DNA of 64,000 bases. Origin: a virus (taxonomy: Duplodnaviria; Heunggongvirae; Uroviricota; Caudoviricetes). The translations under genes and the position numbers were made by a program. The notes beneath the pieces are model-generated. The model made no database searches. It was not told where the DNA came from and was given only the letters and a program-made list of their open reading frames with translations. The first letter of the stretch is position 1. Each line of letters starts with the position of its first letter. Shown piece by piece: positions 29,389 through 39,776 of the stretch. The DNA is taken from IMG/VR virus record IMGVR_UViG_3300028048_001599. The stretch is one strand, 5' to 3'.

Positions 29389-29853
29389 GTGAAAACAATG
29401 ACAAAGGAAGAACGTATAAGTTTAGCATGTAACATAATAAATAAAAACGAGAGTGTTGGCAAATCTACGATACTGAATTATAAGTTCACTAATTCAAAGT
29501 CCCATGGATTACCTGTATGTACATTAAGACTCGGAGATTCTTGGGTTGTGACCCATAGTGGTACAGGTTGTGACTTGTTAGGTGGTTGTCTTGGTGATAT
29601 AATTGCGGAGTTAGGACGTAAACAACTTAAGGCTATAGCGATTAAAAATGGTACTTACGGTTATGGCTCAGTAAACGGGGTATATGGTCTGTCATACTAC
29701 AATGATAAAGTCGAAATAAACGGTCGAGCAGGGGTATCTGTCGTTGCAAATATAGCATCTCTTATCGGTTACACGATAGATATTAATAATTTCACTTCTA
29801 ACGGAAGACCAATAAAAAATGGTGGTATGATTCGCATTAAAAAGCAAGGTTAA
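29389..29853 (+). CDS. Hypothetical protein (paralog of 39268..39759)
   Basis: AAGGAG RBS. Shares KSxGLPV motif with the 39268 ORF. Confidence 0.7.
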   Translation: MKTMTKEERISLACNIINKNESVGKSTILNYKFTNSKSHGLPVCTLRLGDSWVVTHSGTGCDLLGGCLGDIIAELGRKQLKAIAIKNGTYGYGSVNGVYGLSYYNDKVEINGRAGVSVVANIASLIGYTIDINNFTSNGRPIKNGGMIRIKKQG

Positions 29854-30027
29854 TTTTTCAAAAGTTTTCTTAACTTCTGAAAAATCAGATTACATGAAGA
29901 ATTTACAAGTTTAAAAACCTATCAACTTTTATAGTTTAAACTATTGTAACTTTTTCTAATTTTAACCTCGTTCGTCTGATGTTGAATTGATGGTATCAAA
30001 TAATTTACAGTAGAATTATTTTAATAA

Positions 30028-30417
30028 TTGTTATTTTTCAAACTACATGGGGAGATGATTATTTTGGACATTAAGATTGTAGAAGTAACCACAAAAAGAG
30101 ACTTGGACAGTTTATATGACGACTGGGCTCTAACACTTGAAGGTTTGGATTTAGCAAGTATCCCCGAATTTGTAAACTGGGTCATGCAATATACAACATT
30201 TAAAAGTGCTACAGTTAGAGTATATGTAACAAGAGGTGCTACAATGAATAAGTATTATGGTTTAAGTGGTAACAATCGTTATCCCGATGATTTAAACATA
30301 GTTTCAATCAAGAACTCATCAATGGTCAACAGTAATGCTGTTGCTATACCCAGATTTCAAGTAGGAGGACGTTGGTTCACGGATATAGTTGATAATAACG
30401 CAGTTCGCAATAATTAA
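30028..30417 (+). CDS. Hypothetical phage/plasmid-type protein
   Basis: ORF with a plausible internal start after GGAG. C-terminal GGRWFTDIVDNN. Confidence 0.7.
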   Translation: MLFFKLHGEMIILDIKIVEVTTKRDLDSLYDDWALTLEGLDLASIPEFVNWVMQYTTFKSATVRVYVTRGATMNKYYGLSGNNRYPDDLNIVSIKNSSMVNSNAVAIPRFQVGGRWFTDIVDNNAVRNN

Positions 30418-30470
30418 TACGTTATCTTATTATAATAAAAAGGTTTTTTCCAAATAATTTTAAGAAAGGG

Positions 30471-31409
30471 ATGTTTTATATGACTAAAATGAAATCAAGA
30501 ATCTGTGCAGGGTTACTGGCAGTATTAACTCTTGTAGGTACATCAGCAGCATTAGGGGTAGTACCTGGTATTACTACAGAAAACAGTTTATCAATCACAG
30601 CTGATGCAGCCACAGTGCTTCCTACAAAGAAACTTACGAACAATGCATATCTTGCTATTTATGACACAAATACATCGAATGTTCTTAGGGGGTACATTGA
30701 TGGAAAGTTCACACTCAAATCTGTAACTGGTGCAACGAGTATAATTAAAAGCAAACAGATTAAGTACGACTCAAAAACCAACAGAACAAATGTCACTGTT
30801 ACTTTAAATGTAAAACCTTATAATAATTACAAGGCTTATTTTAATGGAACAGTAACAAAAGGTGGTAAGACATCTAATATGAAGTTTATTGTAGAGAACC
30901 ATCTTCATTGGACTGATAATGTAGTGCAATATTACGGGGTAGGTTATAAAAATGGTAAACCTGAATCTCAGTTTATACCTGAAGGTATTTGCGATTACCC
31001 ATCAGAAATATCACCGTTAAAATCATCAGTTGTTAGGTTATGCACAATGACGGACAGTAAAGGTAAAATAACTGACGTTAGTGTAACTGCACTCAAGGCT
31101 GGAACAGTAAACATTAATAAGGTATATTCAAGTGCAGGGGTACTTTATACACAAACTATAAAGGTTGTTTCAGGCAAAGTTTACAAGTCAAACAAAACCT
31201 TAAACGTAAAGAAATCTTGGACAAACAAGGCTAGTATGGATATTAGGAGCATTAAAGTTTCCAATAAACACGTATTTGCAGTTCAGGACTTCGACTTTAG
31301 TAAAGACTTGAAAACTTACATAGTAAGGGGAGTATCAAAAGGTACTGCAAAGGTAACTGTATGGTATATGAACGGTAGTAGGTCTGAAATAACTGTCACT
31401 GTTAAATAA
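30471..31409 (+). CDS. Secreted basic protein with Ig-like repeats
   Basis: Signal peptide ending SITADAA. Ig-like motifs ALKAGTVNI and GVSKGTAKVTV. Terminator at 31433-31464. Confidence 0.75.
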   Translation: MFYMTKMKSRICAGLLAVLTLVGTSAALGVVPGITTENSLSITADAATVLPTKKLTNNAYLAIYDTNTSNVLRGYIDGKFTLKSVTGATSIIKSKQIKYDSKTNRTNVTVTLNVKPYNNYKAYFNGTVTKGGKTSNMKFIVENHLHWTDNVVQYYGVGYKNGKPESQFIPEGICDYPSEISPLKSSVVRLCTMTDSKGKITDVSVTALKAGTVNINKVYSSAGVLYTQTIKVVSGKVYKSNKTLNVKKSWTNKASMDIRSIKVSNKHVFAVQDFDFSKDLKTYIVRGVSKGTAKVTVWYMNGSRSEITVTVK

Positions 31410-31432
31410 CAAATAATTACACGTATAGTATC

Positions 31433-31464
31433 AAGAAAACCAACGAGATAACTCGTTGGTTTTC
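31433..31464 (+). terminator. Terminator hairpin
   Basis: AGAAAACCAACGAG-ATAA-CTCGTTGGTTTTCT. Confidence 0.75.
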
Positions 31465-31481
31465 TTGGGGTATGACTGGAG

Positions 31482-32420
31482 GTGTTATCTATGTACTTTA
31501 TTGTGGGAAAGAACATAGACTCGCATGGTGATTTACTTTCATATATTGTATCAGACGGTAATAATATAGCTATTGCACATATTAACGAAATATGTTCTCA
31601 ATTCAAATGTGGTAATTTACCTATGGTTGATAGTATAGATATGTATACAGGTGAAGTACATTTTAAAAACATAGATAACAAATTGTTGCCAACATATGAC
31701 TATGATAAATTGACCACAAATACATTGTCTGTACTAAAAATATACCATATGGGAGAAAAGCAAATAGGAGTAAAAATCTTAACACCTAAGTTGACTTTAT
31801 CAAACATTCGCATATTCGTATTAAAACGATTATTAGACACTCATAATATCAAGCTATTCAATGTAAAGATAGTGGACGGGGTAGTAATTCCTAAATTCGG
31901 TAAACTACCAGTTGAGGACGTGCTAAAATTACCTGAATGTATTACCTTTGAGTTTCATGAAATAACAGATGAAATAGTTACGGTGAAAGTAAACTCAGAA
32001 ACAAGTAAGTATCAATACATGACCGTAACACGTGGTGGATACTCTGACAGTCGGTATAACACGGTGTCAAGAACCTATACGGTATTGTGTAAGGATGGTA
32101 GTACGCAAATATTCAACGAATCCGACAATGTTAGTTCTGATTTACTTAAATTAAAGAAACTAGTCGTAAAATTTATAAATAAGAATATAATGCTTGAATA
32201 CACGGGGTTCATTCCTCGTGGAGCATATATTTATGAAAATAAACCTGGTTTGTGGACTTTACAAATCGGACCTGCACGACATCAGGTAGAGTCTGATAAT
32301 ATACAACATACTGTAAAGCAGTGTGAGAAGTTTGTAACAGCTGACGCGTGGAAAAGGGGTAGCACTCAGGTGGGTTCTCCCTGTTGGGAAGCAATAAATC
32401 CAAAGTTTACATTAAGGTAG
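31482..32420 (+). CDS. Hypothetical protein (N-terminal repeat domain similar to 38828..39271)
   Basis: 312 aa, GGAGGTG RBS. Shared N(V/A)K(I/V)xxGx(V/I)xP(K/R)(F/Y)G motif. Confidence 0.7.
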   Translation: MLSMYFIVGKNIDSHGDLLSYIVSDGNNIAIAHINEICSQFKCGNLPMVDSIDMYTGEVHFKNIDNKLLPTYDYDKLTTNTLSVLKIYHMGEKQIGVKILTPKLTLSNIRIFVLKRLLDTHNIKLFNVKIVDGVVIPKFGKLPVEDVLKLPECITFEFHEITDEIVTVKVNSETSKYQYMTVTRGGYSDSRYNTVSRTYTVLCKDGSTQIFNESDNVSSDLLKLKKLVVKFINKNIMLEYTGFIPRGAYIYENKPGLWTLQIGPARHQVESDNIQHTVKQCEKFVTADAWKRGSTQVGSPCWEAINPKFTLR

Positions 32421-32427
32421 TGATAAA

Positions 32428-32670
32428 ATGACCGAGTGTCAGAAAAAATACGTGTTTTGTTTAACACTTTTTTCTGTGTTGTTATGTTTGACATTCACAT
32501 CATTAGTACTTTGCATGATAGCTGAGTTTACGATAGGAATAGTAATAACATCTGTTCTTCTTATGAATAATATAGGTTTAATAGTCTACTTTTTATGTTC
32601 TTCATATAAGAAAGAGCGAATGTACCTAAAGGTTCATAATAACAGGGGTGGTAGCGATGAAGGACATTAA
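32428..32670 (+). CDS. Small two-TM membrane protein
   Basis: 80 aa, two hydrophobic segments. Confidence 0.6.
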   Translation: MTECQKKYVFCLTLFSVLLCLTFTSLVLCMIAEFTIGIVITSVLLMNNIGLIVYFLCSSYKKERMYLKVHNNRGGSDEGH

Positions 32671-32725
32671 TTATTGAAAGTCTTTAGATGTAAAGAACTA
32701 TAAGAAAGATTTCCGAATAACTATC

Positions 32726-33034
32726 ATGCTTGAAATATGTGTCTTACTAATAGGTTTGATACTTATTGTTTTTACTGCGATATGGCAATCAGCATATAAT
32801 GACTTTATTAAGTCAGCAGACCAAGTACAGGCTTTGTGTACTAAGTCATGGAAAACTTATGAATTAAGGGGTTCTGGTGATGGGTATATAGACGATGTGT
32901 ACCACGTGAACCTTGAATATGAGTACAATGGAGTAAAATATACAAAGCTTGACTATAAAGACCACATGATAGATGGTAAAATTTACACGATATATGTAGA
33001 CAAAAACAATCCTGAGTATATAATAGCTGAGTGA
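32726..33034 (+). CDS. DUF3592-like membrane protein, possibly 5'-interrupted (upstream ATG 32657 with in-frame TGA)
   Basis: TM helix then YEYNGVKY...IYVDKNNPE. Confidence 0.55.
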   Translation: MLEICVLLIGLILIVFTAIWQSAYNDFIKSADQVQALCTKSWKTYELRGSGDGYIDDVYHVNLEYEYNGVKYTKLDYKDHMIDGKIYTIYVDKNNPEYIIAE

Positions 33035-33099
33035 GATGGACTATTTTTTGGTGATATAGACGCACCTTTACATGGTGACGTTTATAAATAAATTATGAG

Positions 33100-34047
33100 G
33101 TGATAAATATGAAAATTGTAAAAAGAGCAGGTATAGTTTTGTTAGCAATGTTATTAGTAGGTGGGGTAGCACCAATAGCTGGTGTTGATACATTACCGCA
33201 GTATGGTATAACAGCAGATGCAGCCGTTTCTACCAAAAATATCAAGCTTAACATGGACACTTTTAAATCGTACAAATATTCAGGTAAATGTACAGCATCG
33301 TCAAGTAACTCAAAAGTTACAGTGTGTACTTCCTATGATAATTACAGTAAATCGACATGGGTTAGTATCTTTCCTGGATCATACAATGCTGGAACAGCAA
33401 CTGTAACTGTAAAGAGAAATGGTACTGTAATTGAAAAGTTGAACGTTACAACAGTACTTGTTCGTAAATACGCTAATAATGTATCGTCATTAATAGCTAA
33501 ATCAACAATGTCTAAACCTGATGTAACTGCAAAACTGACTTCAGCAGCAAAATCAAAGATTGATAGTATAAAGAAGAAATGTAAAGGGGTACAAAGACTA
33601 TCTAATATTTACTGGGTTCTTCGTAACTATGACTTAACATCTTCTGATGGCATATTTATAGGTGATCGTCAACTCGTAAATATGGCAGTATACTATGCTG
33701 GGTTATCGGGAAAGATTCCGTATATACCAAAGGGTAATGCTGATTTACCTAAAGGTTTAAAGAGCTATACTGCATTTAAAGGCACTAATTACCCATCAGT
33801 AGGAAGTTTATTACTATATAAGGATGGATCATCTGGTGTTAATAAATTATGCTATGTAAAAGCCGTTGACAAATCTAAAGGTACTATTACAACCTATGGA
33901 AACATAGCTGGACCTGAAGGTAGGATTTGGGTTTCTATAGATACATTCAAGATAGCAAATAAGTGTATGTATTTATACGAAAGTGTTGATGGTAAACCAA
34001 GATATCAAATAGTCGACAATGTAGTATATGGAACACCTAAATGGTAA
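33100..34047 (+). CDS. Secreted basic protein
   Basis: Signal peptide ending GITADAA. Terminator at 34058-34087. Confidence 0.75.
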   Translation: MINMKIVKRAGIVLLAMLLVGGVAPIAGVDTLPQYGITADAAVSTKNIKLNMDTFKSYKYSGKCTASSSNSKVTVCTSYDNYSKSTWVSIFPGSYNAGTATVTVKRNGTVIEKLNVTTVLVRKYANNVSSLIAKSTMSKPDVTAKLTSAAKSKIDSIKKKCKGVQRLSNIYWVLRNYDLTSSDGIFIGDRQLVNMAVYYAGLSGKIPYIPKGNADLPKGLKSYTAFKGTNYPSVGSLLLYKDGSSGVNKLCYVKAVDKSKGTITTYGNIAGPEGRIWVSIDTFKIANKCMYLYESVDGKPRYQIVDNVVYGTPKW

Positions 34048-34057
34048 TTATAACACA

Positions 34058-34087
34058 AATATCGGGCATCTTACGGTGTCCGATATT
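34058..34087 (+). terminator. Rho-independent terminator
   Basis: AATATCGGGCATC-TTAC-GGTGTCCGATATT then TTT. Confidence 0.75.
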
Positions 34088-34130
34088 TTTATATTGTTTC
34101 TGTCGAGAGTAATAGAAAGGTGGTCATTTT

Positions 34131-34427
34131 ATGATTGGTTCAAGAAAAACAGGTTTACAAAAACTTGAGGAAATAATTTTAACATTGAAAAATGGTGGCA
34201 CATATAGATGGATTGACTGGAGATTCAATAATGTAGACATGCAGTGGCTTGAAGATGTATATCAAGGTTTATGTACTAAAGGTTGGGCTACTTATGGTGG
34301 TTTAGGAGACATTGATAAAATTTTTGACAAATGTAAATTACCACATAGTGGGTATTATATGGGGCACATCGTGTTTTTAAACAAAGATGTTGAGAAACAA
34401 GTAAGAGCACAATTAAGTAATCAGTAA
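34131..34427 (+). CDS. Hypothetical protein
   Basis: 98 aa, AAAGGTGG RBS. Confidence 0.7.
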   Translation: MIGSRKTGLQKLEEIILTLKNGGTYRWIDWRFNNVDMQWLEDVYQGLCTKGWATYGGLGDIDKIFDKCKLPHSGYYMGHIVFLNKDVEKQVRAQLSNQ

Positions 34428-34444
34428 AACAACGGGGTGGTAGT

Positions 34445-34900
34445 ATGTATGCATCACAATTAGTAGAAAAATACAAAAGAATAGTACCATATTATAATGG
34501 TGGTAAGGACTTGTGTGTTTTAGCACATAAGAAAAAACTCATCACATTGGGAGAAATAAGGAAAACTGGATTTTATACTTGTTTAACTTTTTATAAATTA
34601 TTTACTGAATATTTAAATGACGGTTACTTATTTACTGATAACATGATTCTAACGAGGGACTACGTATTTGAGATGTATGATAAATTTGTAAATAGTTTAT
34701 CAATTCAGCAACTCAGAAAACAGATGTTAATAATTGATACTGATGATATGTTTAGAGTATGGAAGCAGATAGATATAATAGACATATGCGGAGCGGGGTA
34801 TCACTTCAATTATATTGATTTTGATATGCCTGATTATGATTATTTAAGTGTGGTAAATAAGATAGCGTGTGCAAATGAATATAATTTTAATTACTTTTAA
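34445..34900 (+). CDS. Hypothetical protein
   Basis: 151 aa, GGGGTGG RBS. Confidence 0.7.
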   Translation: MYASQLVEKYKRIVPYYNGGKDLCVLAHKKKLITLGEIRKTGFYTCLTFYKLFTEYLNDGYLFTDNMILTRDYVFEMYDKFVNSLSIQQLRKQMLIIDTDDMFRVWKQIDIIDICGAGYHFNYIDFDMPDYDYLSVVNKIACANEYNFNYF

Positions 34901-34962
34901 GTATAATATAACAGAAAAATGGTGTTACAAATTATTGTAACACCATAATAATTTGTGAACTG

Positions 34963-35535
34963 GTGATTAAGTTGATACTTAAAAGGGATGATATAGCACT
35001 TTATAAAAACGGAAAAACTATTTTAGATGGTTTTAACGAAATACGTGCTAATTTGAATGAAAAAACACTAAGACAGTATGTAGAACAGTACATAGAGCCT
35101 ACAGGTGTGAAAGACTTTAATAGATTCTTAAGACACTTCGCAAAGACTATTGTTGTAGAATATCTACACGGTTATACGAGTGTAGAAATGTCATATTATT
35201 TATATAATACAGGATGGGGTAGGACGGATGACTATTCTTTATTTTGTACAGTGTTTAAAGTTTTAATGACAAAAAGGCATTTAGATAAGTTTAATGTTTA
35301 TTTAAAGCACTTTGGTAAATCAGCATGCTACATATATCAATATAACACAGAAACAGGTGTTCAACTATACATTGATGTATTTGAAAACAAATTTTTATCA
35401 AGTTATTTATTAAGACATATAAAATCGCCCTCAATTGTTTATCAAGATTTATTGAGAGATTATTCATTTGAGTACTCACGTATAGAGATTCATAGATATC
35501 TTAATAGAGTATATGAAAGTATAAAGCATATTTAA
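34963..35535 (+). CDS. Hypothetical protein
   Basis: 190 aa ORF between two hairpins. Confidence 0.65.
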   Translation: MIKLILKRDDIALYKNGKTILDGFNEIRANLNEKTLRQYVEQYIEPTGVKDFNRFLRHFAKTIVVEYLHGYTSVEMSYYLYNTGWGRTDDYSLFCTVFKVLMTKRHLDKFNVYLKHFGKSACYIYQYNTETGVQLYIDVFENKFLSSYLLRHIKSPSIVYQDLLRDYSFEYSRIEIHRYLNRVYESIKHI

Positions 35536-35693
35536 CTTTAGCACAATGATTTATTGTGCTTATTTTTATGTGATGACTTATATCAAAACATTATCACTGT
35601 TATTAAGCTTATTTATTTTTATTTTTTAATAACTTGAATAGTAATTTGAAGGTTTTTATCTATAATACAATATAATCATAAAAAAAGTAAGAG

Positions 35694-36269
35694 GTGATAA
35701 ATATGGGTTGGACTTCATATAGACCTACAAAGTATAAAACAGTAAATGGTAGATTTACAGTAGACAAGTATGCTGAAGCAAGGGAAGTTGTAAACAGTTT
35801 TGGTGATAGGTTTGAGTTGTTAAAGGACTCAATGAGGGGTAATGTTTACTATGCAGCAATTAAAAATAAGGAAACAAATCTTACATTTGCAATTGTAATG
35901 CTGACTCGCTTAGATGATGGTTGGTTTGCTTATAAAGAGATGGACGAATGTGAACATCCTTATTACTATGATTGTCCTAAGTCAATACTAAATCTATTAT
36001 CCCCCACAGACCATGAAGGTGCTAAAGCATGGCGTCAAGCTTGTATTGACAAAGCAAGTGCAAAAAAGAACAAACAGACAATGTCGTCATTACCTGTTGG
36101 AACTGTTGTAAAAATTAAATTTTGTGGTGAGGATACATTAGTCAAAAAGATGCCGCCAGCATATCAGTTTAGTCGTAACTGGTGGTTAATCATAGGACAA
36201 AATAGGTATTTGTCAAAACCTTATAGGTTTGATAACGCTTTTGAGATTGTAGAAATGCCAAATAGCTAA
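35694..36269 (+). CDS. DUF6927-like protein typical of conjugative elements
   Basis: MGWT...YYAA...YKEMDECEHPYYYDCPKSILNLLSPTD...WRQAC. Confidence 0.65.
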   Translation: MINMGWTSYRPTKYKTVNGRFTVDKYAEAREVVNSFGDRFELLKDSMRGNVYYAAIKNKETNLTFAIVMLTRLDDGWFAYKEMDECEHPYYYDCPKSILNLLSPTDHEGAKAWRQACIDKASAKKNKQTMSSLPVGTVVKIKFCGEDTLVKKMPPAYQFSRNWWLIIGQNRYLSKPYRFDNAFEIVEMPNS

Positions 36270-36285
36270 GATAGGGGGTACTTGA

Positions 36286-36567
36286 ATGAATTATAGAATA
36301 ACACGTTCTTTTCCGGAACCACATTCAAGTGATGAAATTGAGAAGTTTGCTGAATCACGTGGTATATCAGTATTTTACATGATGTTTGATGATTGTCCTT
36401 TGGCAATATTTTCAGACACAGATATTAAACACGGTGATACAATAACCGCATTAGTACCAAAGCAAATATTTAATAGAATTGAACAAATATGGGAGTCACG
36501 TATATTCAAGGCTATTGACCCAGCAAGTACAAAGACTACAATGTTTGAAGTATTTGAGATATGCTAA
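36286..36567 (+). CDS. Hypothetical protein
   Basis: 93 aa, GGGGG RBS. Confidence 0.65.
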   Translation: MNYRITRSFPEPHSSDEIEKFAESRGISVFYMMFDDCPLAIFSDTDIKHGDTITALVPKQIFNRIEQIWESRIFKAIDPASTKTTMFEVFEIC

Positions 36568-36725
36568 ATTTTCTCAATAAAAACATCAATTTTGGTATAT
36601 TACACGATAACTAATTGTGACGATTTCAGCGGTTAAAATCAAGTAAGTGCTATCGTTATTAATGGTAACGGCAATGATGGCACAAAGTTATTCCTTATAA
36701 CTAAAAAAGACATGAGGTGAATTAA

Positions 36726-37139
36726 ATGAAAAATATAGTTTCTCTTGCACTTGTGACATTAATAGCTGGTAGTTGTTTAAGCATGGCAGCATGTGATAAA
36801 GCTAAAGATGTACCTGGCGTAGATAGTGTAACAAGTGCTGCTCAAGGTTTAGGTGATACAGTCAATAAATGGGGTAGCACAGCAAAGGATTGGGTTGACG
36901 CTGGTATAAGTAATATTAAGGACTCAGCATTAAGTCAAATCAATAGTGAAGTTGATAAATTCATGGAAGAAAACAATATACCCAAAGATAAAGCTGACGA
37001 AGTCATGGGGCTTGCTAAAGACTGGGCTAAAACAGCACTTACAGCAAGTGGTGAAATAGATAAAGCTAAGGGGTCACTGAAGGAATATTTAGCTGAGCAT
37101 CTTGATGACCTTGACGTATCAAGTAGTAGCAAGAAGTAA
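36726..37139 (+). CDS. Small helical lipoprotein
   Basis: MKNIVSLALVTLIAGSCLSMAAC lipobox, GAGGTG RBS. Confidence 0.75.
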   Translation: MKNIVSLALVTLIAGSCLSMAACDKAKDVPGVDSVTSAAQGLGDTVNKWGSTAKDWVDAGISNIKDSALSQINSEVDKFMEENNIPKDKADEVMGLAKDWAKTALTASGEIDKAKGSLKEYLAEHLDDLDVSSSSKK

Positions 37140-37165
37140 CTATAAGAAAGGGGGTAGATGTACTT

Positions 37166-37612
37166 ATGTATTATATAAAAAACGATAGCTTTCAAACATA
37201 TGACGCAGCAATTGAGGAGTTCAACAAACAATGTCATAATGGTGCTATAATGATGCAGAGAACCAAAGGTTCAAGAATTGTAGACATTGTGGCATATTTG
37301 GGCTATTCTTTTTCATACAAGGTATTCTTCAATGACACATCTTCCCCACTCCGTAAATACTTTAACGAGAATATGGGTCAAACTGACTTTGTGGGGTACT
37401 ATGAGATTTTTTATAAGAACGGTAAAAGAGAGGTTACTGAGGATTTTAACTATGTGAAACATTGCTTATCTTCACATAGTATAGACTCAGTTGCATTAAG
37501 TAATAAACATAATGGTATGATGGTAGCATCTTATATTGTTACGTCTAAATGTGTGACATCAGAGATTAATACCAAATATGTTCCGTTATTCAGTTTGCTA
37601 AGAGAGGTGTAA
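37166..37612 (+). CDS. Hypothetical protein
   Basis: 148 aa in an operon-like array. Confidence 0.7.
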   Translation: MYYIKNDSFQTYDAAIEEFNKQCHNGAIMMQRTKGSRIVDIVAYLGYSFSYKVFFNDTSSPLRKYFNENMGQTDFVGYYEIFYKNGKREVTEDFNYVKHCLSSHSIDSVALSNKHNGMMVASYIVTSKCVTSEINTKYVPLFSLLREV

Positions 37613-37614
37613 CA

Positions 37615-38301
37615 ATGGAATTAAGAAACTATTTACCAGTTATATCATATATACAATCGTGTGTTCAGGGTGACACAGTTATAAATGCTAATAACTTTAA
37701 AGGAAATATTCTTGACATTAATTATGTAACGATGTTAGTTGAAGAATTAGACGGTTATGGTAATTCTATGAACGTATTCACGACTAAACTAACCATAGAC
37801 GAATATTTTTCACTCCACACATATAAGTATCGAATAACAAGTGGGGTAATAGAGCAACCCATAGTTATTAGGTGTTCTGAATCTGCACGTAAACCTATTG
37901 TAAAGGCATTAAGGGAAAAATATAGGAATGTAGGGGAACTAAAGAGTGTAAGACCAAACCTTGAAGATTACCAGCCTATTTTAGTAGATGGTAAAGTTAC
38001 AAAGATTTATCAGTTAAATAATAAACAATTGGTATTGTGTTTAAATGACTTCACCTATGAGGTTTATCATTTAAACGGTTCTAAGGTTGTTTCGATGATA
38101 CTAAAAATGATATCCGAGGACTTGCACAATTTGGGGTACACTCATTGTGGTTTTGTAGTTTTTTCAGACAATGGAAAAGCTGATAGAAAAGCTGCATACA
38201 GATATAAAAATTATACAGTATTAATAGGTAAAAAAGAACTTCAAAAGTTGTTGGATACGAATGAAATTTATTTAAGTTTAATAGAAGGTGACATATTATG
38301 A
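37615..38301 (+). CDS. Hypothetical protein
   Basis: 228 aa, GAGGTG RBS, coupled to the next gene. Confidence 0.7.
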   Translation: MELRNYLPVISYIQSCVQGDTVINANNFKGNILDINYVTMLVEELDGYGNSMNVFTTKLTIDEYFSLHTYKYRITSGVIEQPIVIRCSESARKPIVKALREKYRNVGELKSVRPNLEDYQPILVDGKVTKIYQLNNKQLVLCLNDFTYEVYHLNGSKVVSMILKMISEDLHNLGYTHCGFVVFSDNGKADRKAAYRYKNYTVLIGKKELQKLLDTNEIYLSLIEGDIL

Positions 38302-38819
38302 ACAACATCGACTTTGTTAGTACGCTATTTATGGACATATATGATGAGATAACCGAAATAATTGGTTCTGACCACATGCCAGAATTATTTGATTATGAAG
38401 GGGTAGTCATAAACCAAAGATTAAAAAGAGCTCTTGCAAGGTGTATTCAAAGACCTATGACTTATGGACCTCCTACATATAGATTTGATGTTTCACCTTT
38501 ATTTTTTAAGTTGGACTATGAGAATCAAAGAAATGTTGTAGCACATGAGTGGATTCATGCGATGTGTCGATATGGTGAACGTCACCGTGCACAGTTTAAG
38601 TATTATATGAATATACTTAATAAACATGGTTTTAATGTTTCTGTAACTGAGTCTTACTCAAATTTGGGTTTAGAATCACCTAATGAAGAACCTAAATATA
38701 TTTTAAAGTGTATCAAATGTGGTCGTCAATTTACAAGAAATCGTATGTGTGATGTAATAAAATATAGTAATAGATACCAACACACAGGTTGTGGTGGTTC
38801 ACTGCAAAGGGTAAAGTAG
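38298..38819 (+). CDS. SprT-like zinc metalloprotease
   Basis: HEWIH (HExxH), downstream H..F, C-terminal CxxC...HxxCGG zinc ribbon. Confidence 0.85.
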   Translation: MNNIDFVSTLFMDIYDEITEIIGSDHMPELFDYEGVVINQRLKRALARCIQRPMTYGPPTYRFDVSPLFFKLDYENQRNVVAHEWIHAMCRYGERHRAQFKYYMNILNKHGFNVSVTESYSNLGLESPNEEPKYILKCIKCGRQFTRNRMCDVIKYSNRYQHTGCGGSLQRVK

Positions 38820-38827
38820 GTGTTATC

Positions 38828-39271
38828 ATGGATTTACATTATAAGATAATAGCAAGAATAATGGACGGATCAGAAATAAAGGGGTACTTGCTTGAAGATA
38901 AGACCTGGAAGTTTAAGCGTTTCTCTATTACTGATGTATCAAAATTAATAAAAGACGGGGTAGTTGATAATGCTTACAAACGTGGTTCAGAGATAAAAAT
39001 AAGGGGTCAAGCTGAACATTTGATTCCAACTTATGACTCATACATGGTTTGGCGTCCTTGTAATCTTGCAACAATACTTGGTGAAAGAGTTATAGATGGT
39101 CAAAAGTTATTTGAAGTAATGTTTATGAATTTACAGCACTATTTATATACAGAGGAAGACGTAGTTCAGTTGTCATACGCTTATATGTTTTCCAATGCAA
39201 AAGTGATGAATGGTAAGATAGTACCAAGATACGGTGAGTTCTTTAAATACATAGAGGGGGTAGTAAAATGA
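38828..39271 (+). CDS. Hypothetical protein (repeat domain related to 31482 ORF)
   Basis: ATG 38828 after AGGTG. YKIIARIMDGSEIKGYLLED. Confidence 0.7.
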   Translation: MDLHYKIIARIMDGSEIKGYLLEDKTWKFKRFSITDVSKLIKDGVVDNAYKRGSEIKIRGQAEHLIPTYDSYMVWRPCNLATILGERVIDGQKLFEVMFMNLQHYLYTEEDVVQLSYAYMFSNAKVMNGKIVPRYGEFFKYIEGVVK

Positions 39272-39759
39272 CACATAGTAAAATTATGCAACAGCAAAGG
39301 TTTAGCATTATACGTTCTCAGTTATTAAACTATGAGATAGTAGAGTTCAAAATAAATCAGAGGTATAAATCAGACGGTTTACCTGTGTTTTCTTTATTTG
39401 TAGGTCGTTTAAAATTATTCGAGACCTGTGACTTATCAGTAAACGTCAGAACGACACTGATAGCAAGACTGATTAACGAACTGTTTCCGGGAGAACTATC
39501 ATCATTTTATAATTACTGTGCTTATGAATTGAAAAAAGTTCCTGAATGGTTATGTTTAACAAGAGTAGGTAAAGACTTTGTAGAACAAATGGGTTCTGAT
39601 TATCGTTTAGCAACAACAGGTATAAGTTATGTAAATATAAAACCAAAGGGTATCACCGAGTCAGAGCTTCAGATGTTATTAGTAAATCTGGGGTACTCAT
39701 TCAACGGTACATCAGAAAATTCCTTTACATTAAGTAAAAATATGGGTCATATGTTATAA
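39268..39759 (+). CDS. Hypothetical protein (paralog of 29389 ORF)
   Basis: 163 aa, overlaps the previous stop. Confidence 0.7.
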   Translation: MTHSKIMQQQRFSIIRSQLLNYEIVEFKINQRYKSDGLPVFSLFVGRLKLFETCDLSVNVRTTLIARLINELFPGELSSFYNYCAYELKKVPEWLCLTRVGKDFVEQMGSDYRLATTGISYVNIKPKGITESELQMLLVNLGYSFNGTSENSFTLSKNMGHML

Positions 39760-39776
39760 ATGGGGGTGTACTGATA

